From an uncultured Planctomycetaceae bacterium (GTDB taxonomy: Bacteria; Planctomycetota; Phycisphaerae; Sedimentisphaerales; UBA12454): a stretch of 64,000 bases of DNA. The stretch lies in contig CAZBLD010000002.1 in assembly GCA_964492875.1 (NCBI GenBank), forward strand, positions 5,579 to 69,578, in the 5' to 3' direction. The translations under genes and the position numbers were made by a program. Positions within the stretch are counted from its first letter, which is position 1. Each line of letters starts with the position of its first letter. Under the pieces are notes generated by a model that was not told the origin of the DNA, searched no databases, and worked only from the letters and a program-made list of their open reading frames with translations. This document shows, in pieces, positions 1-12,631 of the stretch.

Positions 1-16
1 TATCAGGTCAAGTACA

Positions 17-153
17 CCCCCACACCTATTTACATTGTGGCGGCACAGTTTAAGAAAATACTCAAGGCTGCTTTGGCCGGTTTTCAAAATGCTCAACCGC
101 TGTGTAAACCCCCACGCCAATGTATTGGTGTGAGGGGTAAATAGGTGTGGGGG
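17..153. mobile_element. MITE copy 1 (TIR cccccacacctattt...aaataggtgtggggg) carrying a nested 29-bp palindrome at 109-137
   Basis: Terminal inverted repeats; interior aligns with 24158-24262; nested palindrome flanked by TAAA on both sides (105-108, 138-141). Confidence 0.8.
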
Positions 154-320
154 TAAATTATCGGACATTTGTCTTTCGTGCTTTTTCTGCTGCAATATTC
201 CACCGTAACTAAAATGGTGTTTTTGAAACAATATTCAGCCCTCTGAAAAAAGATAATTTTTTCATCTCTGCCGTTGTTAAGGTTCATCTGGTTTTTGACG
301 AACTTCAATTATCAAATTAA

Positions 321-716
321 ATGGAGACAGAGATGAACGAACAAACAGATGAGCGACGCAGGGAGAAACGTTTGAACTATCACTGGCCTGTCTGGTTTGC
401 CGAGGATTTTGGAGATGTCTTATCGCAGGGACAGATGTTTGACCTTTCCAGCAACGGAGCATCTTTTACATGCTACGCCGATACCTGCCCTTACGAAGGA
501 CAATATATCACCACAAGATTCAGCATACCACGTTATGGTCAGGATAATTCATTTGACCTTGAAAATTGTATAAGAAGCGGCTTCGTCTGCAGAATCGAGG
601 ACATCAACCCTTATATGAAAAAAGTCGCTCTGCAGTTTGCAGAACCCTTGCATTTTAAGCCCGGCGAACAGGAAGGAAAACGGTCAGCTGTCAAGCATAT
701 ACCTGCAGAGGTTTAA
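321..716 (+). CDS. PilZ-domain protein (c-di-GMP receptor)
   Basis: RxxxR (RREKR) followed by DxSxxG (DLSSNG). Confidence 0.8.
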   Translation: METEMNEQTDERRREKRLNYHWPVWFAEDFGDVLSQGQMFDLSSNGASFTCYADTCPYEGQYITTRFSIPRYGQDNSFDLENCIRSGFVCRIEDINPYMKKVALQFAEPLHFKPGEQEGKRSAVKHIPAEV

Positions 717-746
717 TCCAGCCATCGATTTCATATACACTTCGCC

Positions 747-777
747 ATCCGCCTTCGCCAAGGTTTCGTCGGACAAG
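747..777 (+). repeat. REP-like palindrome, family A (atccgccttcgc-N4/5-g[c/t]t[a/t]cg[g/t]cggacaag)
   Basis: atccgccttcgccaaggtttcgtcggacaag; near-identical copies at 31503 and 32397. Confidence 0.75.
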
Positions 778-1058
778 CAGGCGACCAAACCGGTTTACAA
801 CCGCTTTATTGCGACCGTTTTCACAAAAAAACCAATGAGTTCAGCAACAGAAAAACCGTTGACTTTTTGCGCCACCGGATAGCAGAGAACCTACTGTTCT
901 TGATTGTTCCGGCAAAGTTCGAGACAGATTAGAATTCTAAATTTTCCCCATTGCTTCATTCCAAAAATGGCGGTAATATATCACCTGAAAGTGTGTAAAA
1001 TTTTACATAAATCTTGGCAGTTAAACAAGTGTGGAATTTTCAGAGAGGTCAAGTAAAA

Positions 1059-1283
1059 ATGCCTGACCGGATTTCCAACGATAAAAATAAAAGATATTAT
1101 TTTAAATGGCTGGGCTTTGGGATTGAATTTGGGGGTGTAGTGGCAGTTTTCTGCTATATGGGCTATCAACTGGATGCCGCTTTAGATACAAGTCCTTATT
1201 TTCTGCTGACAGGTTTCTTTTTGAGTTTCATCGGTATGTTATATTTGGTTTTTAAGCAGACACGAGATATGTGGCGCAAGTAA
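1059..1283 (+). CDS. atpZ: AtpZ/AtpI-family ATP synthase accessory protein
   Basis: Two TM helices with GYQLDAALDTSPYF pattern, first in the atp operon; ATG 1059 preferred over the track start 1014 because of the AGAGG upstream. Confidence 0.75.
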   Translation: MPDRISNDKNKRYYFKWLGFGIEFGGVVAVFCYMGYQLDAALDTSPYFLLTGFFLSFIGMLYLVFKQTRDMWRK

Positions 1284-1366
1284 GAATCTTAAAAAACCTG
1301 GAGTTTTATTAAGCTTGTTTTTTAAACAAGTTTGGTATATATTTACAGGCAGTACTCTAACCGATA

Positions 1367-2206
1367 ATGACTGTATTTTATAAGCAGGAAATCTTGAACT
1401 TTATAAAATTATATGATTGTGTTTTAAGCGAATTCAATCCAATCGAGCAGGTTTTACCGGTGCCGTTGTTTACTTTTTCGGCTGGTGGTTACAAAATTGT
1501 GGTCAGCAACCATATGTTTATAATTACATTAGCGACGGTTGTGTTATTATTATTACTGTCTGTAGCGATGCGCTCTCCAAGACTTATCCCAAAAGGCCTT
1601 CAAAACCTCATAGAGTTGATTTGTGTTTATTTGCGCGAACAGATGGCACGGCCTGTTTTAGGCGAATACACCGACCGGTTTATTTGCTTTATTTGGACAA
1701 TATTTTTCTTTATACTAACTCTGAATCTGCTTGCTATGGTACCTCTGGATATGATTATATATCTGATAACCGGCAGGCACAACCATCTTGCCGGCGCTGC
1801 CACAGCCAACATCTGGATTACCGGCGGTCTTGCAATAGTCTCATTTTTTGTAATCCATATTGCCGGCATAAAAAAGCAGGGTCTATGGCATTATATAGTG
1901 AATTTCGCCCCCAAAACGCCGTGGCCGATGGTACCGATTGTGTATTTTCTGGAAATCATAAGTGCTTTCGTAAGACCGTTTGCACTGGCCGTCCGGCTTT
2001 TTGCAAATATGCTGGCCGGCCATACAGTACTGGCGGCATTCCTTGGACTGATACTTGTCTTCAAAAACTATGGTGTAGCATTTGCATCAGTAACAGCGAC
2101 TATAGCAGTGTCTTTTCTTGAATTACTCATAGCGTTTTTACAGGCGTATGTATTTACGTTTCTTTCTACCGTTTTTATAAGTTTTTCGATATCACAGGAA
2201 CATTAA
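1367..2206 (+). CDS. atpB: Fo subunit a
   Basis: PKGLQNLIE, conserved Arg in VRLFANMLAGH, FLQAYVF; start uncertain. Confidence 0.95.
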   Translation: MTVFYKQEILNFIKLYDCVLSEFNPIEQVLPVPLFTFSAGGYKIVVSNHMFIITLATVVLLLLLSVAMRSPRLIPKGLQNLIELICVYLREQMARPVLGEYTDRFICFIWTIFFFILTLNLLAMVPLDMIIYLITGRHNHLAGAATANIWITGGLAIVSFFVIHIAGIKKQGLWHYIVNFAPKTPWPMVPIVYFLEIISAFVRPFALAVRLFANMLAGHTVLAAFLGLILVFKNYGVAFASVTATIAVSFLELLIAFLQAYVFTFLSTVFISFSISQEH

Positions 2207-2225
2207 TTTTCGGAGATTCAAATTT

Positions 2226-2492
2226 ATGGAAGGTCTAACTAACACGACATTAGCGTTAACCTGGGGCGGCAGTGCTGCGGTTTTTGGAATAGTATTCAGC
2301 TGCAGTCTGGTGATTTTCGCTGCCAGCCTCGGGATAAGTCGAATCGGCAGCAAGGCCCTTGAATCACTGGCACGGCAGCCGGAGGCCGGCGAACGCATAT
2401 TTTCAACAATGATTATTGCTGCTGCTCTGCTTGAAGGCGTTACGTTTTTTGCCCTGCTGATCTGTTTTATGGCTCTTTTCTGGTCACGATAA
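2226..2492 (+). CDS. atpE: Fo subunit c, H+-type
   Basis: RQPE loop, essential Glu in LLEGV; lacks the Na+-binding Q and ES/T residues. Confidence 0.95.
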   Translation: MEGLTNTTLALTWGGSAAVFGIVFSCSLVIFAASLGISRIGSKALESLARQPEAGERIFSTMIIAAALLEGVTFFALLICFMALFWSR

Positions 2493-2504
2493 AAGCATCG
2501 TACA

Positions 2505-3083
2505 ATGTGTAAAAAAACCGTAACGATTTTGATAATCTTTTTCGTTGCTGTCGCCGCCTTCGGCTCGGAAAATCAAACGCAATCCGAGCAGCAGAGCATT
2601 TTTAGTGGAACGCTGGCCGATGCGATATGGGCGGTCCTCGCCTTTGCACTGCTGCTGATTATTTTGAGCAGGGTGGCGTGGAAGCCTTTATTGAAAACCC
2701 TTCAGAGCAGAGAAGAGCAGATAAAACATCAGTTGGCCTCTGCGGAAGATGCCCGGTTAAAAGCGGAAAAGCTGCTCGATGAATACAAAAAGCAGAGTCT
2801 GGAAATACTCGAAGAAGCAACGAGCCGTGCAAGCCACATAGAAAAAGCTATCGTAGAAAAGGCTGGTAAAGAAGCGATAACGATGAAGGAGCGGGCGATA
2901 TCAGAAATTAACCTCGCAGAAAATACGGTCCGTCAGCAGTTATGGCAGCACGTTGGCGATATGCTTTTAGCCATCAGCAATGAAGTCCTCGGCCGTTCAA
3001 TTACAGCGGACGACAATAAACGGCTTATCGACGAAACAATTTCAAAACTTAGGCACCAACAGCTTTCAGGAACACAAAAATGA
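2505..3083 (+). CDS. atpF: Fo subunit b
   Basis: TM helix then WKPLLKTLQSREEQI and a coiled coil; operon position. Confidence 0.9.
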   Translation: MCKKTVTILIIFFVAVAAFGSENQTQSEQQSIFSGTLADAIWAVLAFALLLIILSRVAWKPLLKTLQSREEQIKHQLASAEDARLKAEKLLDEYKKQSLEILEEATSRASHIEKAIVEKAGKEAITMKERAISEINLAENTVRQQLWQHVGDMLLAISNEVLGRSITADDNKRLIDETISKLRHQQLSGTQK

Positions 3084-3649
3084 CATCGTCTGACACGGCG
3101 CACCGTATACCGGTAACATACTCTCGAACCCTCTTTGAGCTTGCTTTGCAGCAGCAGTTGGTTGAGGCAGTCAAAAACGACCTGAACATAGTTGAAAATT
3201 TGACAAAAGCTGAAAAATCTTTCTTGGCTTTTATGACATCGCCTTACTTTTCGCTCGAACAGAAGCAGCTATTGATTGAAAAGGTTTTTGGCAGCGTTTT
3301 AAGCGACTTGACCTCTAATTTTCTGATGGTAGCAGAATCTCATAATCGAATATCATCCCTGTCTTGTATTATTGCGGAATACAACAGGTTGTATGAGAAC
3401 TATCATAATTATCTCAATATTCACGTTACGGTTTCGCAGGCTCTCGGACAGAACAAAATTGAAACCCTCAAAGCTGCTTTATCCCGCGCAATGGCCAACG
3501 ACAAGATAATACTGGAAGTAGCGACCGACCCGTCAATAATAGGCGGAGTAATTATCCGTTATAACGATATGGTTATTGATAATTCCGTAAGGAGCCGATT
3601 ACATCGCGCCGTTGATACGATAATTAAGCGGAGCAGCGAAAAAACATGA
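3080..3649 (+). CDS. atpH: F1 subunit delta
   Basis: [10 protein letters not shown]-terminus, [10 protein letters not shown]...IDNSV C-terminus. Confidence 0.9.
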   Translation: MTSSDTAHRIPVTYSRTLFELALQQQLVEAVKNDLNIVENLTKAEKSFLAFMTSPYFSLEQKQLLIEKVFGSVLSDLTSNFLMVAESHNRISSLSCIIAEYNRLYENYHNYLNIHVTVSQALGQNKIETLKAALSRAMANDKIILEVATDPSIIGGVIIRYNDMVIDNSVRSRLHRAVDTIIKRSSEKT

Positions 3650-5163
3650 AATTTGATTTAACCGAAATAGGCAGTATTCTCAGGGAGGAAATCAGCCGGT
3701 ATAAAAATAAGCTTGACGTTTCCGCTGTCGGCCGAGTGGTGGAGGTTGGCGACGGTATCGCACATATTTATGGTCTCGAATGCGCTATGGCAGGCGAGAT
3801 GTTACTATTCGAAAATAACATCAAGGGCGAGGTGTTCAATCTCGAAGAGGGGTCTATCGGTGCAATACTCTATGGCGATTACACGAAGGTAAAAGAAGGT
3901 TCTGATGTTCGCTCAACCGGTCGGTTGCTCTCTATCCCTGCCGGTTTCGAGCTGCTTGGAAGAGTAGTTAATCCGCTTTGTGAGCCGCTTGACGGAAAAC
4001 CCGCAATAAAAACGCCCTCGAGCCGACCTCTCGAATCCGACGCTCCCGGCATAGCAATGCGTCGGCCGGTCAAAAAGCCTCTTCAGACGGGGATTAAAAG
4101 CATAGATTCAATGATTCCTATTGGTCGCGGACAGCGGGAGTTGATTATAGGAGACCGCAAGACCGGCAAAACTGCTATTGTGCTTGACACAATAATAAAT
4201 CAGCACGACAAAGATGTAATTTGTATTTATATTGCCATAGGTCAGAAGGAATCTACCGTAGCTGAAGTAGTGGAAATTCTGCACCAATACGGTGCGATGG
4301 GATATACAACGGTGATTTTGGCATCGGCAGCAGACAGCGCATCGATGCAGTACATCGCCCCTTATGCCGGCTGCGCTCTGGCGGAATATTTTATGTATGA
4401 ACAGCACCGAGATGTATTATGCATTTATGACGACCTGAGCAAGCACGCTGTGGCATATCGTCAGATTAGCCTGCTTTTGCGGCGGCCGCCGGGCAGAGAA
4501 GCATATCCCGGCGACATATTTTATCTTCACAGCCGTCTGCTCGAACGCAGCGCCAATCTCTCGGAAGAGGCTGGCGGCGGCTCGCTAACCGCCCTGCCGA
4601 TAGTGGAGACGCTTGAAGAACAAATTGCCACATATATTCCTACCAACGTCATTTCAATCACAGACGGTCAGATATATCTTAAGAGAGACCTCTTTTTGTC
4701 GGGTATAAGGCCTGCCATAGATGTCGGTATCAGCGTCAGCCGTGTGGGCGGTAATGCCCAGGTTGAGGCGATGAAAAAGGTGGCGGCCAAATTAAGACTG
4801 GACCTTGCGGCATATAATGAACTGCTGAGTTTTGCCAGACTCGGTACGGAGCTCGATTCAGCAGCGCAAACGCAGCTCGACAGAGGGAGCCGTATGGTGG
4901 AACTGCTCAAACAGCCGCTGTTTTCCCCTCTTACCGTCGGCGAGGAGGTAATTACGATTTTTATCGGTTCCAGCGGTTTGCTTGATGACATCCCCGTCGA
5001 ATCTGTCGGTAAATTTGCCTATTCGTTCCTTCAGTGGCTTGCAAAGGAACACAATGAATACATCGAGGAGATTAATAAAACTCTGAAACTGACCGATGAG
5101 CTTGAGGACAGGCTGATGGCCGCGGTAAAAGCCTTTAAAGAATTAAATAAAGAGAAAGGATGA
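3646..5163 (+). CDS. atpA: F1 subunit alpha
   Basis: [38 protein letters not shown]. Confidence 0.98.
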   Translation: MKFDLTEIGSILREEISRYKNKLDVSAVGRVVEVGDGIAHIYGLECAMAGEMLLFENNIKGEVFNLEEGSIGAILYGDYTKVKEGSDVRSTGRLLSIPAGFELLGRVVNPLCEPLDGKPAIKTPSSRPLESDAPGIAMRRPVKKPLQTGIKSIDSMIPIGRGQRELIIGDRKTGKTAIVLDTIINQHDKDVICIYIAIGQKESTVAEVVEILHQYGAMGYTTVILASAADSASMQYIAPYAGCALAEYFMYEQHRDVLCIYDDLSKHAVAYRQISLLLRRPPGREAYPGDIFYLHSRLLERSANLSEEAGGGSLTALPIVETLEEQIATYIPTNVISITDGQIYLKRDLFLSGIRPAIDVGISVSRVGGNAQVEAMKKVAAKLRLDLAAYNELLSFARLGTELDSAAQTQLDRGSRMVELLKQPLFSPLTVGEEVITIFIGSSGLLDDIPVESVGKFAYSFLQWLAKEHNEYIEEINKTLKLTDELEDRLMAAVKAFKELNKEKG

Positions 5164-5179
5164 GGTTTACGGTTTAACG

Positions 5180-7494
<2,315 letters not shown>

Positions 7495-7500
7495 GTTTTT

Positions 7501-7938
7501 ATGGCAGCTGTCCAGAAAGTTTTTCGATGCGTCGTTGTTTCGCCGGCCGGCAGACTGCTCGACTGTCGGACCGCTGCGGTTACATTCATTGCTCACGACG
7601 GCAGCGTAGGCATTTTATACAATCATATGCCGATGTTATGCAAGTTGGGGCTTGGAATTATGAAGATTGCCGCCGAACCTCCAGCCCAACAGGCCGGCGA
7701 AAACAATCATAAAAAGCTCGCTCTCATAGACGGCGGTTTTGCACTGATTAGCTCGAATCTGGTTAAAATAATAGCTTCCGATGCCGTTTGCGGCTGGGAT
7801 ACAAATAGAGAAAAAATTGAGCGTCTTTTGGAAAAATCCCAAAAAAAGCTCAGTCAAACCGTTTATACCCCCCGGCAGCGTTTACACGAGACCCGGAAAA
7901 ACGCTCTTCTGGAAAAACTCCTCGCAACAGTAAAATAA
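7501..7938 (+). CDS. atpC: F1 subunit epsilon
   Basis: VVVSP...DGSVGILYNHMPM...IDGGF; last gene of the operon. Confidence 0.9.
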   Translation: MAAVQKVFRCVVVSPAGRLLDCRTAAVTFIAHDGSVGILYNHMPMLCKLGLGIMKIAAEPPAQQAGENNHKKLALIDGGFALISSNLVKIIASDAVCGWDTNREKIERLLEKSQKKLSQTVYTPRQRLHETRKNALLEKLLATVK

Positions 7939-8026
7939 TCGCTAAAGTCTACAATTGCGGTATCAACAAAATTGAACCGGAATACATTTGCCTGTTGTTC
8001 AGCACAGATACAGTTATAATACTTGT

Positions 8027-9943
8027 ATGGCAGATGTGGAAAATCATAAAACGGCAAAATCCATTTCAAAATCTTTTATAACTGCCGGCCCTACTCTGCA
8101 CTACAGCCACGCAAACGTAAACAGCTGTTATTTCCTCGCAGTTTGTGTGTATTATGCTTCTGCCGTTTTCTGTGCCAAGCTTCTGACCGGCCAGCTTATT
8201 TCTTTCTGGGGTCCATTTTATCTCGAGAAATTCGTTCCGACTCCCTTAAGTATTTTTGAATATCCCGCCCAGATATTTGTACTGGGACTTCTTGTCGGAA
8301 TCTTCATTGCAGTGCCGATTCTCGCCTCGCAGCTTATGAGTTTCAAATATAGTATCCTGTTTGTGCTGATACTGTCCTTCATAGCAGGTCTGCCGGGGCT
8401 TGCGATTTGTGTCCTGATTGGTGCCTTCGCTGCAGCATTGAGACCCTTGCGATTCAGGTCGCGATACATTGCCGTCGTTCTGTGTACTTCACCTGTATTT
8501 GTATATTTTGCACTTTTCGGCGGAGCAAAAAATACTGACAGCATCCGATGGGCTCTTTCTTTCGTGCCGTGGTTCTACGGCCTGTTTAATGCTCTGGCAA
8601 TCGCCGCCCTTGTTCTGGTGATAGGTCACTTTACCCGTTACAGACCGGGCTTGTTATGGAGCACCGCCGCCTGTGTCCTTGTTGCAACCATAATCGTTTT
8701 TCATAACACAATCAATCTTTCCGAGCTTGACTATCAGCTTTATGTCGCAAAGAACAACCCGGAAACAATACAGGAATTTCAGGACCACAGCATAACAGAT
8801 GCTCTCGACCGCACCGTAACAAGTCGTGAAAGCAGAAGTTATTTCCAGCCGCCTTTTTATCCCGTGGAGACTATAGCCTTAAGGACGGCATTAAAAAAGG
8901 AAATTCAGAACAGGCTTATACATGACCGCTGGCCGGAATGGTTCAATGTACCGCCTGAACTGAAACACCAGGGAAAAAAACAGTGGCTTTTAGAACAATA
9001 CGACAGATTTATAAACCCTCCCAAGCAATGGTGGAAGCCCGCTTTTATCCACAGGGCGCTTCTAAAAAGCAGAGTCAGAATAAAGCGTATGCCGATAGCG
9101 CTCTACTACAAAGCTATGTTAAGCGAGCTGGCGCCGGAGTTGAATATCCTCGTCGAAAAGGAAATACTGCATTTCTATAACGACTACCCGCACAGAGAAA
9201 ATTTGCCGATATGGCATAAACTCTTCTTCGAATATCCTGACAGCACAGAATCTCTCGAAGCCGCCTGGCGAAGAGCCGTTCACCTTGCCGGTATGGAACA
9301 ATTCTCCTCTGCCCGTCAGCTTATAGACCAGGCTCTTCTTATGATTAAGAACGAATCAACCAGCGCAACCGGTTCATCTTTATCCGCCGCAGCCCTGGCA
9401 AAGGCGGAAACGGATGAAACTGAAAGAATCTTTCGAAAGCCTCAGACAACCGTTATCACGGAATTTGAACTCAAAAAAATTAAAAGAAAACTGCAGTACC
9501 TGCGCAGTTTAATCAGCGAGGAAAATCCCGGCAGCGACAACAAAACCGCTCATCTGCTGGCACAGTTTATCTTGCTCAACCCCCATGACCAGTTTTTCAG
9601 ACTACAGCTTGATAATCTGCTGGCACAGGCAACAGATAAAAGTCCCATCGCTGATAATATATTACTTTCGCAAATCATGCTCACTCCGGATTCCGTTTTA
9701 AGACAGCAGCGTCTCGGCCAGCTTGCAAAGAATTACGCAGGCACCGATGGTGGCATACAGGCAGAATTTGAGCAGGCCTGTCTGAAACTGGCCATCTGGA
9801 AAGAACACAGCTTAAGCGACGCAGAAAAAGAAAGATACTTAACTGAAGCATATCAAGACCTTAAGGATTTCCTTAAAAACCACCCCGACAGCATTTTTGC
9901 AGACCAGGTCCGCGAAAAACTCTCCTCTATGCCCGTCCATTGA
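8027..9943 (+). CDS. Multi-pass membrane protein with a large C-terminal helical (TPR-like) soluble domain, function unknown
   Basis: About 7 hydrophobic segments in the N-terminal third; ATG 8027 chosen over TTG 7988. Confidence 0.75.
   Translation: MADVENHKTAKSISKSFITAGPTLHYSHANVNSCYFLAVCVYYASAVFCAKLLTGQLISFWGPFYLEKFVPTPLSIFEYPAQIFVLGLLVGIFIAVPILASQLMSFKYSILFVLILSFIAGLPGLAICVLIGAFAAALRPLRFRSRYIAVVLCTSPVFVYFALFGGAKNTDSIRWALSFVPWFYGLFNALAIAALVLVIGHFTRYRPGLLWSTAACVLVATIIVFHNTINLSELDYQLYVAKNNPETIQEFQDHSITDALDRTVTSRESRSYFQPPFYPVETIALRTALKKEIQNRLIHDRWPEWFNVPPELKHQGKKQWLLEQYDRFINPPKQWWKPAFIHRALLKSRVRIKRMPIALYYKAMLSELAPELNILVEKEILHFYNDYPHRENLPIWHKLFFEYPDSTESLEAAWRRAVHLAGMEQFSSARQLIDQALLMIKNESTSATGSSLSAAALAKAETDETERIFRKPQTTVITEFELKKIKRKLQYLRSLISEENPGSDNKTAHLLAQFILLNPHDQFFRLQLDNLLAQATDKSPIADNILLSQIMLTPDSVLRQQRLGQLAKNYAGTDGGIQAEFEQACLKLAIWKEHSLSDAEKERYLTEAYQDLKDFLKNHPDSIFADQVREKLSSMPVH
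9383..9408 (-). repeat. Family A palindrome, in frame inside a CDS (SAAALAKAE)
   Basis: tccgccgcagccctggcaaaggcgga matches the reverse-complement family A consensus. Confidence 0.65.
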
Positions 9944-10074
9944 CCCCGCACCTATTGTTCCGTGCTATCTGGCGGTAGAATCATTTGAGCCAGGCGCCTT
10001 TTGAATCGACTCTTTTTTGGTTTTAGTACAGTACAATAGGTGCGGAGTTGACAAATTCACCCATTTTGCCTAAT

Positions 10075-10103
10075 TTGACTTTGTCCCGGATTTTTAGTAT
10101 AAT
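10075..10103 (+). promoter_or_regulatory. Sigma70-type promoter for the GGDEF gene
   Basis: TTGACT-17 bp-TATAAT, 35 bp upstream of the ATG. Confidence 0.75.
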
Positions 10104-10138
10104 ACAGTGTTACGCTATGTGAGGGTACATAGACGAAA

Positions 10139-11191
10139 ATGCGAAGCAGAATAACAATAGATAGTTACAATAAGGATAAAAAAGTACTGCTGATAGGCCG
10201 TGTTGAAAAAGCAGCCGTTGATACATCCGATTGTGCTTCCATACAGTTTCAGACCCGCCCGAATATGCCCGATGCTATCATTGCAGCATCAACAAATCAA
10301 TTCGACATCATAGCAATAATTCCAGACGACTTTGATGAAAATCTCGTCTCGGCGCTGGCGACACTTAGAAAAATAAGCCCCAAATCTAAAATTCTCTTGC
10401 TGGCTCAAATGTGGCAGGAGCCGAAGGCCATCGAACTTATACATTCATCGGCTAATGGAGCTAAACTTGCAGATGATTATTACATTCTGCCGGTCAGTTT
10501 CACGGCAAAAGAATCCGACGGAAAACGATCGGTAGAAAACCTGCCTGAAACGGAGCTGATACGGCAACAGCGGCAGCGTATCGAGATACTTGAAAAACTT
10601 GTAATGGAAGATGAGCTTACCGGCGTAAGGAACAGGAGGTTTGTCAGGGAATTTCTGCGACAGATTACCGCTCGTGCCAGCCAGGAATCTCTGCAGGTTA
10701 CACTGCTGGTTTTCGATATAGACAATTTCAAGCAATATAACGACCTTTACGGCCATCTGGTCGGCGACAGCATCCTTAAACAGGCTGCCGTTTTAATGCA
10801 GAAGTGCTGCAGAAAACAGGACGTCGTCGCCAGATACGGCGGAGACGAATTTGCCGTTGTCTTCTGGAATCTGCCTGCCGACAGGTCGGTTACCCTCGAT
10901 ACCGGCCCGAAAACAGAAAGAAGGCGTATCGAAAGCGAACATCCCACGCAGGTAATAAACATCTGCGAAAGATTCAGAAGGGAGCTTAACAAAACCGACC
11001 TTCCTGCACTTGGTGCAGAAGGCAAAGGCGTGCTGACCATAAGCGGCGGCCTGGCAACATTTCCCCGCGACGGCTCAACGGTAGAGGGGCTTTTCACTCA
11101 GGCCGACAAGGCCCTGCTGGAGGCAAAACGCAGCGGCAAAAACCGCGTTTACCTCGTCGGCAGCGAAAACAACCATCCCCAGCAAGCCTGA
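10139..11191 (+). CDS. Diguanylate cyclase with a degenerate receiver-like N-terminus
   Basis: DELTG, DIDNFK..ND..GH..GD, intact GGDEF, RxxD I-site (RKQD) five residues upstream. Confidence 0.92.
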   Translation: MRSRITIDSYNKDKKVLLIGRVEKAAVDTSDCASIQFQTRPNMPDAIIAASTNQFDIIAIIPDDFDENLVSALATLRKISPKSKILLLAQMWQEPKAIELIHSSANGAKLADDYYILPVSFTAKESDGKRSVENLPETELIRQQRQRIEILEKLVMEDELTGVRNRRFVREFLRQITARASQESLQVTLLVFDIDNFKQYNDLYGHLVGDSILKQAAVLMQKCCRKQDVVARYGGDEFAVVFWNLPADRSVTLDTGPKTERRRIESEHPTQVINICERFRRELNKTDLPALGAEGKGVLTISGGLATFPRDGSTVEGLFTQADKALLEAKRSGKNRVYLVGSENNHPQQA

Positions 11192-11656
11192 CAGAAAATC
11201 ATTACCAAATCATATATTTTTTTTTGCGCAGGCTCAAAATAAAAAATTTTCAAAAAAAATCAAATTGGCACTCCAACAATTTTTCAAGCACTCCAGAGGC
11301 AATATCAACGATAATATGTACGGAAAAAATAAGATAGGAAAAATTTCAGGCTGATTTTTGAGCCCCAATGTTATTGCCGGTGACAATTCGAATTTTTGCA
11401 GAAAGAAGATTTTGAAAAATTTTCTTGGTATCCTGATAGGGGGGTAGATTATACACGAGAAATAACCGGATGGGACAACGTGCTGGGCCCATCAGGGAGA
11501 CGCATTCGCCTTCACATATTATTAGTGCAAAGGCGGGCACGTTTGCAAGGGCGTTGGGAACTAAAGTTATAACATAGTTAGGAGATTTTAACAATGTAGA
11601 AAAAACTCTTTCAATATTTTTAGTTTTATTGGAGTTTTTATTGTCGCAGGAGTAAT

Positions 11657-12598
11657 ATGCACTCTAAATTTAAGAAAAGGAGATTTGTTATGTGGCGGAG
11701 GAAAATAGTTTTATTTGTATTTGTTATTATGGTAGTGTTGCCTTTGTCATTATTCGGCTCTGCTGACTTCGATAATAATTTCATTGTGGATTGGAAAGAC
11801 CTTGCAATGTTTGTTGACTACTGGCTTTACAATTATGACGATAACGAGAGGTGCGCGTCGTGGGATTTGGCTGAAAACGGCGTAATAGATTTTAACGACC
11901 TTGCAGTGATTGCGGAGCGATGGCTGATTGATTATAATTTTTCAGATTTTTCGAATTTTGCAGTATACTGGCAAAGGAATGTGGATTACAGGTTTCTGGA
12001 CAGACGCTTCGACCTTTATGGCGGTAGCCTTCTTGCGAGTTCCGGAGACGGCGTCGTCGATTTCGGGGATTTTTCAGTGTTCGCCAGCGAATGGATGACA
12101 ACGACAAATCCTTGCGACGATGCAAATGTTTCAGGGCCTTGGCGAGACCAATACTTCACCGGCATCGGCGGCTGCGGCCAATATGACTGCTGGTTTGATG
12201 GAGATGAAAGCGATTATATCTGGGATGATTGTGGCAACTACCTATATGTGGCGTGCAAGGAAACGCCGGAGTTCAATTATTACTGCGCTTATAACTATTA
12301 TTTTAACTGGAATCGCGTTGGTTTGTGTGTTTACGCCTGCGGCGTAAATGCTTTTCAAGTTAGAAAGAACACCAGCGGCAGCCGTATCTTGCAAACCAGA
12401 CATCGAACCCAGGACCAGTTAGAATATGGTTGTGACGAAGGAACTATTGGCAAATATGACTGGCAGATTGTCGTTTACGATGACATCACCCATCTCAAGA
12501 CCGGCTATTGCCGGGAATCATACTCAGATCCATTAATCTATAAGCTCTGGGAACCAAACGAGGGGGAAGTAAGCGCGTGTGAAAAAACTTGGTGGTAA
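11657..12598 (+). CDS. Secreted protein with dockerin-like repeats and a Cys/Tyr-rich C-terminal domain
   Basis: Signal peptide; DFDNNFIVDWKDL, DLAENGVIDFNDL and DGVVDFGDF repeats; alternative start 11690. Confidence 0.8.
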   Translation: MHSKFKKRRFVMWRRKIVLFVFVIMVVLPLSLFGSADFDNNFIVDWKDLAMFVDYWLYNYDDNERCASWDLAENGVIDFNDLAVIAERWLIDYNFSDFSNFAVYWQRNVDYRFLDRRFDLYGGSLLASSGDGVVDFGDFSVFASEWMTTTNPCDDANVSGPWRDQYFTGIGGCGQYDCWFDGDESDYIWDDCGNYLYVACKETPEFNYYCAYNYYFNWNRVGLCVYACGVNAFQVRKNTSGSRILQTRHRTQDQLEYGCDEGTIGKYDWQIVVYDDITHLKTGYCRESYSDPLIYKLWEPNEGEVSACEKTWW

Positions 12599-12631
12599 CA
12601 CGAATTTAAGTGAGAAAGTGAGGTTTAGATT

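Noticed and set aside
93-308. 71-aa minus-strand ORF
   Set aside because: Runs through MITE copy 1 and has no recognisable motifs
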